Assembly: GCA_001779095.1 (NCBI GenBank)
Contig: MFJD01000004.1
Span: forward strand, 173,031 to 237,030
Length of the DNA: 64,000 nt
Direction of reading: 5' to 3'
Source of the DNA: Candidatus Gottesmanbacteria bacterium RBG_16_52_11
GTDB lineage: Bacteria; Patescibacteriota; Microgenomatia; UBA10105; UBA927
The position numbers and the translations under genes were made by a program. Position 1 is the first letter of the stretch; the number at the start of each line of letters is the position of its first letter. Under the pieces are notes generated by a model. That model did not search any database. It was not told the DNA's origin and was given only the letters and a program-made list of their open reading frames with translations. Positions 17,908-26,731 of the stretch are shown here, one piece after another.

Positions 17908-20069
17908 AACGAACCGTATCAGCGGTTTTCCTGTTTGCCATCCTGTCTGCAATACTTCTCTGGCCGGCACTGGCGGCGCCGGACGGGATGATGCTTGCGG
18001 GTTATGACCTCCGGAGGTACTTCTATTTCATATACCGCTTCTGGAACGAAGCGATCGGAAGGAGGGAATTCCCGTGGTGGAACCCATATCTTTTCAACGG
18101 AATCCCGTTTGCCGCCAATCCGAAATCCGGCGTCTGGTATCCGCTTAACTGGATACTGGCAGCCGGTCCGGTGCCCCGGGCATTTGCAATCTATATTTGG
18201 TTTCACCTTGTTATTGCGATGACCGGGATGTACCGGCTGTTAAAGCTGAACCTGAAGACTTCCGGACTTCCGGCAGCAGCGGGGGGCGTGCTTTTCGGAT
18301 TGTCGGGATTCTTCGGGGCGAAGATATTCATCGGCGGGCTGGATATGATCGCCGCGGCAAGTTACATACCCTGGGTATTCGGTGCCTGGTGGCCTTTTCT
18401 TACCGGAACCGGCAGTATCAGGCGCCGGCAGCTGATGTATCCGGTGATTGTCACAGTAGTCCAGTTTGTCAGCGGATACCAGACGATATCGCTTTTTACC
18501 TGGATGTCGCTGGTACTGGCGTCATTGGTAGTTGCCGCAGCCAGAAGAACCGTCAAACCGTTAATCAGGATAGTACTCGGTCTGGCTGCTACTGCGGGAT
18601 TTTTGGGATTCACCCTGCTGCCTAACCGGGAATACCTCATATTAAGTCTGCGCAGCCGGGACATGTCATATGAAAGGTCGGCTCAGGGAGCCCTCACGCC
18701 GGAGCTTCTGGCGGAGCTGGTCCGGCCGGATGCTTTCGGCGGACCGGCGGGGAACACCGGACCGATGCAGTTTTTCTGGGAACGGGCGGGATACATCGGT
18801 GTAATCGGTCTGGTTTTGGCGGTTACGACGTTCTTAATTACCTTACTTCCAGCGCGTCTTGTCGGATCAGTCAGGTTATTCAGGGAATCAGGCAACCGAT
18901 TGCCGGTTCTGATTTTTTCCCTGACTGCGGTACTGGCGGTATGGATCAGCCTCGGGCCGAATGCACCGGTTGACATGTTCGAGGTTTTCTACCGGATTAA
19001 TCCCGTCTACCGGGGCATCCGGATACCGGCAAGGCACATGGTGCTGTTTACTTTTTCCGCCAGTGCCCTTGCCGGGCTTCTGCTGTCGCGGATCCGCCGG
19101 AAGGGAATTGTGCTTTGTATTCTGATATTGGCAACATTGGAACTGCTGCCGGCAGGCCGGAAATACGTGGAGCTTGCTCCGACACCAGCGGCGAAAGCCG
19201 ACCGCGAACTGGTTAGCTTACTGGTAAGCGATCCGGGAGTAAACCGGCTGATGGTTAATTATCCGCACGTATCCTACCCGACTGACAGTCTGGACACGAA
19301 CCAGGTATTGGAATTCCAAATCCGCTCGACCAACGGATATGAAACCGGGCAGCTCCGGGCAATTTACGAACTGGCGGAAATATTAAACGGCAATCCGGTG
19401 ACCGGTAATGAGTCGGACGCCCAGGTGCCGGTAATCGAACGGCCGGACCTGCCGTTCAGCAATGTTCTGGGCGGGACTTATGTTCTCGTTGATGCGTCCG
19501 ACGATCCGGTTACCCGAAGCGGAGTATCCGGGTATATTCCGCTGACAGACAGGACAGACCGTCCCTACCGGCTATACCGCAACCCCGCCGCGGCTCCCCG
19601 GCATTATCTGGTTACGGAATCCGACAATGTGCAGAGCTCAGAGGTATTTACAGCCGCGGTCAGGGATCCTGCGTTCAGTCTGGGCGACAAAGTAATTGGC
19701 TACCCCGATGCCTTACCACCCCTTGAAACAACCGGCTTCTGCAATCCATACGGCCGGGTAGAGACGTTATCATCAACGCTGAACAGCGTGACCGTGGCAG
19801 TTGACACCGGTTGTCCGGCTTATCTGGTTTCCACGGAGACGATGTATCCGGGATGGCGGGCATGGATTGACGGAACGGAAATTCCGGTATATTCGGCAAA
19901 CGGCGCTTTCCGGACTATCATCATCCCCCCGGGCAGCAGTATTGTCCGGTTTGAATTCTTCCCGCGAAGCTTCGTAGGCGGATCGATGCTGACGGTACTT
20001 ACGCTGGTAGTGCTTATACTGTTGCCGGGGAATACGGGTAATTTGCGAACCGTCCGGAACCGGTTATAA
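17904..20069 (+). CDS. YfhO-like polytopic membrane glycosyltransferase (GT-C fold)
   Basis: 721 aa with FPWWNPYLFNGIPFAA and C-terminal TETMYPGWRAWIDGTEIPV..NGAFRTIIIPPGSSIVRFEF motifs. A 4-nt start/stop overlap with the upstream epimerase indicates an operon. Confidence 0.75.
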   Translation: MKRTVSAVFLFAILSAILLWPALAAPDGMMLAGYDLRRYFYFIYRFWNEAIGRREFPWWNPYLFNGIPFAANPKSGVWYPLNWILAAGPVPRAFAIYIWFHLVIAMTGMYRLLKLNLKTSGLPAAAGGVLFGLSGFFGAKIFIGGLDMIAAASYIPWVFGAWWPFLTGTGSIRRRQLMYPVIVTVVQFVSGYQTISLFTWMSLVLASLVVAAARRTVKPLIRIVLGLAATAGFLGFTLLPNREYLILSLRSRDMSYERSAQGALTPELLAELVRPDAFGGPAGNTGPMQFFWERAGYIGVIGLVLAVTTFLITLLPARLVGSVRLFRESGNRLPVLIFSLTAVLAVWISLGPNAPVDMFEVFYRINPVYRGIRIPARHMVLFTFSASALAGLLLSRIRRKGIVLCILILATLELLPAGRKYVELAPTPAAKADRELVSLLVSDPGVNRLMVNYPHVSYPTDSLDTNQVLEFQIRSTNGYETGQLRAIYELAEILNGNPVTGNESDAQVPVIERPDLPFSNVLGGTYVLVDASDDPVTRSGVSGYIPLTDRTDRPYRLYRNPAAAPRHYLVTESDNVQSSEVFTAAVRDPAFSLGDKVIGYPDALPPLETTGFCNPYGRVETLSSTLNSVTVAVDTGCPAYLVSTETMYPGWRAWIDGTEIPVYSANGAFRTIIIPPGSSIVRFEFFPRSFVGGSMLTVLTLVVLILLPGNTGNLRTVRNRL

Positions 20070-20077
20070 TCTCTATC

Positions 20078-20986
20078 ATGGCAGTCAGTCTTAATAGGCC
20101 ACCTCAGCTGAACTCCGGACAGCTCCGGGAAAAAGCCCGCGAAGTCGCACTATCGGTACTCGACATATCATACCGCAACCGGATAGGCCACGTCGGATCG
20201 GCGCTGTCGATTTCGGACATACTGACTGCACTTTACTTTACCCGGTTGCGGATCAACCGGAAGACACTTGACCATCCCGAGCGCGACCGCTTCATCCTGT
20301 CGAAAGGCCACGCCGCCGCGGCGCTTTACGCCGCTCTTTACCATCGGGGAATACTGGATAAACGGGAGTTTGATTCGTTCGGGTGTGACGGGGGCTTATG
20401 CGAACATCCGGAAATTAAGGATCCCGGTGTGGAAATGACAGCCGGCAGCCTGGGACACGGGCTGGCGTTCGGAGCGGGAATCGCCCTGGGACTCCGGAAG
20501 AAGTATGCAGTATCCGGTATCCGGTATACAGTATCAAATCCAAAAAATATTCGGAATACTGAATACCGAACACGGAATACTTTCCCTCATGTCTTCGTGC
20601 TGATCTCGGACGGGGAATGCGGGGAAGGATCGGTATGGGAAGCGGCGTTATTCGCCTCCCGGATGGGTCTTGACAACCTGACGGCAATCCTTGACTACAA
20701 CGGCTGGCAGTGTTTCGGGCGCGTCAAAGACATTACGCCGTTGGAGCCGGTCGGGGATAAATGGCGGTCATTCGGATGGGACGCTGTCGAGGTTAACGGG
20801 CATGATACGACAGCACTGGCCGGTGTTTTCCGGAGCCCCAACCTGTCAGGGAAACCCCGGATAATTATCGCCCGGACCGTATCGGGCAAAGGCGTACCGG
20901 CCATCGAAAACCAGCTGATCGGCCACTATAAAGTTTTCACCGAAGCGGAGTACCTTACCGGGCGTCAGGAATTACTCAGCCACTGA
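20078..20986 (+). CDS. transketolase, N-terminal (ThDP/PP-domain) subunit of a split enzyme
   Basis: Carries DRFILSKGHAAAALYA and GSLGHGL..ISDGECGEGSVWEAA..A (the GDG ThDP-binding region). About 300 aa with no Pyr or C-terminal domains, which is typical of tktA-N split genes. It contains an unusual insertion of about 24 aa (nt about 20504-20590) compared with the paralog at 50943. Confidence 0.8.
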   Translation: MAVSLNRPPQLNSGQLREKAREVALSVLDISYRNRIGHVGSALSISDILTALYFTRLRINRKTLDHPERDRFILSKGHAAAALYAALYHRGILDKREFDSFGCDGGLCEHPEIKDPGVEMTAGSLGHGLAFGAGIALGLRKKYAVSGIRYTVSNPKNIRNTEYRTRNTFPHVFVLISDGECGEGSVWEAALFASRMGLDNLTAILDYNGWQCFGRVKDITPLEPVGDKWRSFGWDAVEVNGHDTTALAGVFRSPNLSGKPRIIIARTVSGKGVPAIENQLIGHYKVFTEAEYLTGRQELLSH

Positions 20987-23233
20987 TTTCAGGCGGCGCG
21001 TCCGGACTGAAAATGCAAGCAATCCAAGAATTCCCAGAACTGCTTCGGTCAGATATATCAGCGGACTGTAGACGCTCCGGACAAACGGCCGGTATTCAAG
21101 GTGCACGGTATGCATTCCCGGGTTGATCTGCACAGCCGATGCGGCAATGTTTGCCCGGATCAAAGGCCTGCTGACACCATCAACCCGGATTTGCCATAAC
21201 GGATCGTACAAAAGTTTGAAGAAAAGGTATCCCCTGTCGGGAGCAGAAATCTCCAGACGGTGACCGTTATAACCCCACTTAAGCCAGCGGTAGGAAAAGC
21301 CATCGGTTTTTGCTTCCGTATTGTAAATATCAGGCGGATCGGCGGGCAACGGTTCCGAAACCAGTATGGCACCCCGCTTAAGCGGTTCCGAAAACAGATC
21401 AACCGTGACAGCCGGGTCGGCTATACCGGCGCTTTTGACAGTTTCAGTGACAAACTCGACCGGTGGACCGGCGGTAGTGCGGTTATAAAACCATCCGGGT
21501 AACTGCCTGATAGTACCCAGCTGAACGTTTTCCAAATATATTGAATTGTCCGGCCAGATGTAGTTAAGAAGCGGCAGGTTGGCGATAATGGCTCCGGCAA
21601 ATCCCTGCTCCGGGTCGGTTTTCCAGGATTGGGAGAGAATTTGTTTCTGACTATCAACCAGCGGAGTAAAGCCGGCGTTAACCAGGTACTGGCCTTCGGT
21701 AAATGCCCGGTCCCGGTTTTCGATATCGCGATAGTAGCGGACCCCGTCAATCCCCACGGCAGCAATCAGAAGCGTGATGACGGCAATCCCGCGGGTGCGG
21801 TAACGGAGAAACAGTAGCGCCACGGTGCCGGCTTGAGCTAAGACCGCGAAAGTCAGAACTTCCGGTACGCGGGGGACAGTTCTCAGAAGCGGTGATGAAG
21901 TAATGATGCTTAATAAAGTGATTAAGACCGTACCGGATACTACGGTCAGCCACTTAACTGCCTGCCGGGAAGAATTCATGACTTGACCGCGGAGAAACCG
22001 GGAGATAAATGAACCGGCCAGAAGCAGCAGTACCAGCTGCAGACTCCAGGTGTTGTACTGGCTGATCTGGCGGATACGGTCGGTAAACGGCGTAATCCGG
22101 ATAAGCACGGCTGTCAGCGGGGTTCCGGCACAGATTGCAGACATAGCGACCACGACGGTCAACAGTGCCAATTCCCGCCTTTTCCAGCCGACGAGGAAGG
22201 ACAGTAATATCCCGGGCAGTACCAAAAGTCCCAGGTACCTGGTCGCGTGGACCACATTGGCTGACGGATTAATGATTTCCGATACGTGAGGGAAAGGATT
22301 AACGAGTCCGGCGTAGAACCTGCGGATATCCGGTGCATCTTCCAGAATCTGTGATTCCGAATTGCGGACCTCTCCGAGACTCGTCCGGATATACTTATCA
22401 GACTGTTCACGGACAATCGTGGCGTATACCACCAGCCAGAAAAGTATGATACCAGCGACCGTAAGCGTCATGACCGTACCCGGAAATGATTTTTTCCTGA
22501 AGTAAGTAAGGAATGCCCCGGCAATTTTCCGGAAGTAAAAGACCCCGGCAACCAGTATTAGAACACCCCAGAACCAGAGGTTATTGACGGTCCAGTAGTT
22601 AAATGTCGCGCCCTGGTAAAGGATGCCCAGGAGAAACAGATAAAAATTTCCCGTGGTGGGCTTTTTCACGAATGACACGGAAGACCAGAGAAGGAGGAAT
22701 ACGGCAATGGTCTCGGAATAGGAAAACCAGGAATTCAGCCAAGCAGCCATGCTGGTGAAGAAGTAGGTAGCGGCTAACATTACGGTCGTTAAGCGGTGGC
22801 GGAACAGGGTCATAACCAGGGCGGTAAAAAACACCAGTGACAGAAAGGGGTACAGCAGATACTGAAGTACCAGATACTGGAAATATTCGGCAACGGGATA
22901 CCCAAGCAGTGTCAGGAACCGTACAATCTGCGACCAGATATGCACAATCGGGGAGGAGGCCAGGGGTGAAGGCGGCATGATGAATGACTGGAAATACAGG
23001 GCAAAGCCGTCGGGAGCAGCCGGGCTCCAGTATGCCGGTTCACCGGATAATTCAAGCGAATGGATAGTCGGTCCGAAGTATGCCAGTCCGCCGGACATGT
23101 CGTGGCCGGGGATCTGTTTCAGTTCGAAGAATGCCCGGTCATAGGCCAGAAATCTGAGAAGGATCAGGCCGGCAGACAGTAGTATGACAAAAAGGGTGTC
23201 GTTCCCCTGGATTTTCCTCATCACCGGCCGCAT
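20972..23233 (-). CDS. divergent YfhO-like / GT-C polytopic membrane protein
   Basis: 753 aa, highly hydrophobic. The C-terminus YDPLWQIRVDGVSRPLIRANIAASAVQINPGMHTVHLEYRPF reproduces the Y-P/D-x-W..[IV]DG..(7)AN.A..(5)P.G.HTV motif of the four plus-strand YfhO-like genes, but the N-terminal region is not alignable with them. Confidence 0.55.
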   Translation of the reverse strand: MRPVMRKIQGNDTLFVILLSAGLILLRFLAYDRAFFELKQIPGHDMSGGLAYFGPTIHSLELSGEPAYWSPAAPDGFALYFQSFIMPPSPLASSPIVHIWSQIVRFLTLLGYPVAEYFQYLVLQYLLYPFLSLVFFTALVMTLFRHRLTTVMLAATYFFTSMAAWLNSWFSYSETIAVFLLLWSSVSFVKKPTTGNFYLFLLGILYQGATFNYWTVNNLWFWGVLILVAGVFYFRKIAGAFLTYFRKKSFPGTVMTLTVAGIILFWLVVYATIVREQSDKYIRTSLGEVRNSESQILEDAPDIRRFYAGLVNPFPHVSEIINPSANVVHATRYLGLLVLPGILLSFLVGWKRRELALLTVVVAMSAICAGTPLTAVLIRITPFTDRIRQISQYNTWSLQLVLLLLAGSFISRFLRGQVMNSSRQAVKWLTVVSGTVLITLLSIITSSPLLRTVPRVPEVLTFAVLAQAGTVALLFLRYRTRGIAVITLLIAAVGIDGVRYYRDIENRDRAFTEGQYLVNAGFTPLVDSQKQILSQSWKTDPEQGFAGAIIANLPLLNYIWPDNSIYLENVQLGTIRQLPGWFYNRTTAGPPVEFVTETVKSAGIADPAVTVDLFSEPLKRGAILVSEPLPADPPDIYNTEAKTDGFSYRWLKWGYNGHRLEISAPDRGYLFFKLLYDPLWQIRVDGVSRPLIRANIAASAVQINPGMHTVHLEYRPFVRSVYSPLIYLTEAVLGILGLLAFSVRTRRLKSVAE

Positions 23234-23315
23234 GCGCCTATCATAGCACGGGAGGCGGGCCGGTCTTGCACAAGCCGCCGGCTATGGGCGATAATACGTG
23301 CTTGTCATACCTGTT

Positions 23316-24248
23316 ATGAGAGCAGCATTTATCAGGGCGTTGTCCCGTGCGGCGGAGAAGGATTCCCGGATCATGCTGATAACCGGTGATTTGGGATACC
23401 GATATCTCGAGCCATTCGCCGAAAAGTTTCCCGACCGATACCTCAATATCGGGGTTGCGGAAGCCAATCTGGTAACGGTAGCCGCAGGACTGGCGACTAC
23501 CGGTTTCATACCGTTTGTGTATTCAATTGCCACGTTCGCCAGCATGCGGGCATTCGAACAGATCCGCAATGATGTCAGCCTCCAGAATCTGAATGTGAAA
23601 ATTGTCGGCATCGGGGCCGGATTTGCCTATACCAAAGCCGGACCGACCCACCATTCGGTGGAGGATATTGCGCTGATACGGACACTGCCGAATATAACGG
23701 TAATCGCGCCGGTTGATACCAACCAGGCGTACAGCGCGACAATTGCGGCAGCCAAACACCGCGGTCCGGTGTATCTTCGGCTCGGCAGGAATCCGGAAAG
23801 CGGGGTATTTGCCAAACCACCGCCTTTCACCATAGGCAAAGGGACGGTTATTTCCGGCGGAAAGGATATGGCAATCCTGGCAACCGGCACCACTGTGGGA
23901 CTAGCCCATGAAATAGCCGGAAAGATATCCGGAGTGGTAAAATCACCGACCATTGCCGTTTTCCCCTCCATAGTTCCGTTGGATCATGCGCTACTGCGAA
24001 CACTGGTGCGCGGGCACAGAATTTGGGTGACGGTGGAAGAGCACCGCCAGAGCGGCGGATTCGGTACGGCCGTCGGCGAGTGGTTGCTGACTCAGACAGG
24101 CAAAATTCCGCGTCTGGTCAAAGCCGGTGCCCGGGATGCACATTCCCAATTGTCTGCTGAACATAAGGAACTGATGAAGGAAGCGGGCTTAACCACCGGT
24201 GATGTTGCCAGGCGGATACGAGCTACTTTGCGGAGTCAGAGAAGGTAA
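23316..24248 (+). CDS. transketolase, C-terminal (Pyr + C-domain) subunit of a split enzyme
   Basis: Begins MRAAFIRAL (typical of tktB-type subunits). Carries FNIGVAEANLV, FASMRAFEQIRNDV and GPTHHSVEDIALIRTLPN. The track start at 23298 is a GTG, and the ATG at 23316 is preferred. Confidence 0.8.
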   Translation: MRAAFIRALSRAAEKDSRIMLITGDLGYRYLEPFAEKFPDRYLNIGVAEANLVTVAAGLATTGFIPFVYSIATFASMRAFEQIRNDVSLQNLNVKIVGIGAGFAYTKAGPTHHSVEDIALIRTLPNITVIAPVDTNQAYSATIAAAKHRGPVYLRLGRNPESGVFAKPPPFTIGKGTVISGGKDMAILATGTTVGLAHEIAGKISGVVKSPTIAVFPSIVPLDHALLRTLVRGHRIWVTVEEHRQSGGFGTAVGEWLLTQTGKIPRLVKAGARDAHSQLSAEHKELMKEAGLTTGDVARRIRATLRSQRR

Positions 24249-24262
24249 AGGGATTTTAGAGT

Positions 24263-24299
24263 ATTCAGTATGCAGTTTACGGTACAAAGCATACTGAAT
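24263..24299. terminator. bidirectional terminator-like hairpin between convergent genes
   Basis: An 11-bp stem ATTCAGTATGC / GCATACTGAAT with a 15-nt loop lies in the convergent gap between the 3' ends at 24248 (+) and 24364 (-). A second palindrome ACACTCG-A-CGAGTGT sits at about 24338-24352, and a T-run gatttttcc follows. Confidence 0.4.
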
Positions 24300-24363
24300 T
24301 CGTTCACCGTTGACTGATTTTTCCGGAGGTGTCTACCTGGTACACTCGACGAGTGTGCAATTA

Positions 24364-24651
24364 TTACGCGCTTAAGACGGTGGTCAGGCCGGCGCGGATG
24401 GCATCGGTGGCGTGGTGAGTGCGGTCACGGTCTTCGTCTTTGGCATCCTTGTCGATATTATCGAGTTCGGTCATGACTTTGTCATTAAACTCCGTCTGTA
24501 TCTCCGCCTGCTTGGCATCGAATTCATCAATGATCGACTCAAGCTCTTTAAGATCGGAAAGCGTAAGAGCATCAAGTGAAGCCAGAATTTCCACTTTGTC
24601 ATCATCTTCAAAAAGCCCGGTATTTTTTATTTTCTGCTTCAGTTCATCCAT
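24364..24651 (-). CDS. small acidic coiled-coil protein (95 aa), unknown function
   Basis: Rich in D/E/K (EDDDKVEIL, DKDAKDEDRDR). It lies immediately downstream of, and is co-oriented with, the 24655-25431 gene. Confidence 0.45.
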   Translation of the reverse strand: MDELKQKIKNTGLFEDDDKVEILASLDALTLSDLKELESIIDEFDAKQAEIQTEFNDKVMTELDNIDKDAKDEDRDRTHHATDAIRAGLTTVLSA

Positions 24652-24654
24652 AGT

Positions 24655-25431
24655 TTAAAGTTGCTGGAATCCGGCGACCATATTTCTAAACCCGGATACG
24701 ACAACCGGATTAACCAGCCGGAGCGGATTAATCTGCCTGTCCACCGATCCCCTCGGAAGCTTCATCCGCGCGTTATATTCGTCAACTGATTCATCGATTC
24801 TGTGTTTAATCCAACTTTTCTTACTAACCGGTTTCTCCGGGAGGAAGGTATCCAGCCGGGTCCGTTGGTTTCTGCCGAAGATTTCAAATAAGCTGGAAAT
24901 CATGAAGTCGGACTTTTTGGCGTGGGGCATGGTCCGTTCGAAATGATTAATGAGTGCGTTATAGCCAAGTCCGACGGCAACATCCTGCGCCAGATTGCTG
25001 AAATCTTTGTTCGGAGTGTACCTCAGTTTGAGTCTTTCCATCACCAGACCGATACCGACGCCGACTGCAGTCTGTTTGGCACCGGCCACGAACTGATCAT
25101 TCTGTTTGAGTGCGCCTAATTTCTCGCCTGCCCTCTGCCGCAGGTCAGCCAGTTTAGACTTGGCATCATTAGTAATTGATATGAAGGAGTCCCGGAACCG
25201 CTTCTGATTGGGTGTCTCAGGCAAATCAGGCGCCTCCTGTTGAGTCACGGTTTCCGACTTCACAGGTGCTTCCGCAGGCGGGAGAACCTCGGATTGTGCA
25301 GGTGATTCCGGTATAGCAGCCGGAGTTTCCGGTGTTTCGGCCCTCTGTTCGAGCTGCTGGATGGGTGTTTCGCCGGTATTTTCCGCCATAGATCTTATTT
25401 CCAGAGTGTCAGAAAACGGCGGAGTTGTCAA
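24655..25431 (-). CDS. hypothetical protein with Pro/Glu/Thr-rich N-terminal low-complexity region (258 aa)
   Basis: The N-terminal 90 aa are ETPETPAAIPESPAQSEVLPPAEAPVKSETVTQQEAPDLPETP. The C-terminal 160 aa look globular with no recognised motif. Confidence 0.45.
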   Translation of the reverse strand: MTTPPFSDTLEIRSMAENTGETPIQQLEQRAETPETPAAIPESPAQSEVLPPAEAPVKSETVTQQEAPDLPETPNQKRFRDSFISITNDAKSKLADLRQRAGEKLGALKQNDQFVAGAKQTAVGVGIGLVMERLKLRYTPNKDFSNLAQDVAVGLGYNALINHFERTMPHAKKSDFMISSLFEIFGRNQRTRLDTFLPEKPVSKKSWIKHRIDESVDEYNARMKLPRGSVDRQINPLRLVNPVVVSGFRNMVAGFQQL

Positions 25432-25469
25432 CCTGTCAGCCTGCCTGTGATATATTGGAGCGGTCAGGT

Positions 25470-26729
25470 ATGAGACTCCGTATTAATTCCATTCTATCCG
25501 GCCGGTACCTGTTTATCCTCCTGTTGGTTATGGGATTAATCTACCGGATAATCTTCGCGTCACTATCTGATTCCGGACTGTTCTGGGACATGGAGAGGTA
25601 CCACGGATTTGCCGTCGATATCCTATCGGGGAGATGGGCCGCCGACTGCTGCAACAAGAACGTCGGGTACGGCGCCTTCCTGGCCGGAATCTACGCAGTT
25701 TTCGGTCTGAACAACCTGACTGCGGTCAGACTCATTCAGGTGGCAGCCGATCTGGCAGTATCGGTATTTGTCTATCTGACTGCCGGGCGGCTGTTCGGAA
25801 GAAGGGAAGCCATGATAGCTTTCATCATCTACCTGACTAATCCCGTCACGTCATCCTATACGGGACTTCGGCTTCCGGAAAGCTTGTCTCTACTGGTGCT
25901 GTCACTTCTCGGATATATCTTTACTCTGCCGGGTTTCAAAACTAAGCCGGGATTATGGATCAGTACGGGATTGCTCCTTGGGGTATTTCTTTTCATACGG
26001 CAGAGTTTTTACCTCTTTGTCCTGGCATTTATGGCATTGGGTGCGTTTCTGTTTTTCCGCAGACTGAAACGGATTGCCTTCCTGGCGGCCGCCCTGGGGG
26101 GATTTTTCGCTGTATCCTGGTATACCCTGGCCGCCAATTATGCTGTGTTTAACAAAATCAGCCTGGTAGCTCCATACCATGCCTCGTACAGCAATATGTA
26201 CTACCAGTTTTACCAGCCGGGTCGCTGGCCGGAACTGACCCGATTCATGCCCCAGGTGGATCCCAGACTGACAGCCATTGTTCTTGAATATTATGCCACC
26301 CCCGATACACAGAAGGACGGTTACGAACGGAAATACAAACGGCTGTTCCTGGAACGGTTAAAAACCGATTGGCCGTTATACCTCCGCATCTGGGCGAGAA
26401 ATGCATATCTTCTTTGGGATAAGGAATACCTTTTTACTTATACCGATCGGTTCTACCCGGCTGACCGGTGGCCGGTCCGGATATATAATACGGCTTTTCT
26501 GGCCCTGTTTTTCGGTGGTTTGGTAAAGTATGCATTACATAATAGGAAGCGGGTAATGAATGACCCGCTGTTGGTATTCGTACTGATGCTTATGGGTTAT
26601 ATAACATTTACTTTCAGCCTGGTATCCAATGAGAGCCGGCATACTGTGGTATGTTATGCGTATGCCGCAATCTGGGCCGGTTACACACTGGCAAAATTAA
26701 TTCCTGAAAAAGCCCAAATTCAGACATAA
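25470..26729 (+). CDS. GT39/PMT_2 family (ArnT/dolichyl-phosphate-mannose-protein mannosyltransferase-like) GT-C glycosyltransferase
   Basis: First periplasmic loop reads DSGLFWDMERYHGFAVDILSGRW (the DE..Y..A..I..G.W signature of PMT_2/ArnT-like enzymes). Twelve or more TM segments. The ATG at 25470 is preferred over the TTG track start at 25425. Confidence 0.65.
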   Translation: MRLRINSILSGRYLFILLLVMGLIYRIIFASLSDSGLFWDMERYHGFAVDILSGRWAADCCNKNVGYGAFLAGIYAVFGLNNLTAVRLIQVAADLAVSVFVYLTAGRLFGRREAMIAFIIYLTNPVTSSYTGLRLPESLSLLVLSLLGYIFTLPGFKTKPGLWISTGLLLGVFLFIRQSFYLFVLAFMALGAFLFFRRLKRIAFLAAALGGFFAVSWYTLAANYAVFNKISLVAPYHASYSNMYYQFYQPGRWPELTRFMPQVDPRLTAIVLEYYATPDTQKDGYERKYKRLFLERLKTDWPLYLRIWARNAYLLWDKEYLFTYTDRFYPADRWPVRIYNTAFLALFFGGLVKYALHNRKRVMNDPLLVFVLMLMGYITFTFSLVSNESRHTVVCYAYAAIWAGYTLAKLIPEKAQIQT

Positions 26730-26731
26730 CC

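Noticed and set aside
24419-24658. The plus-strand 79-aa Ser-rich ORF.
   Set aside because: It is the antisense shadow of the Asp/Glu-rich minus-strand gene 24364..24651 (GAx/GAy codons read as Ser on the opposite strand), and the minus-strand acidic protein is the more plausible gene.
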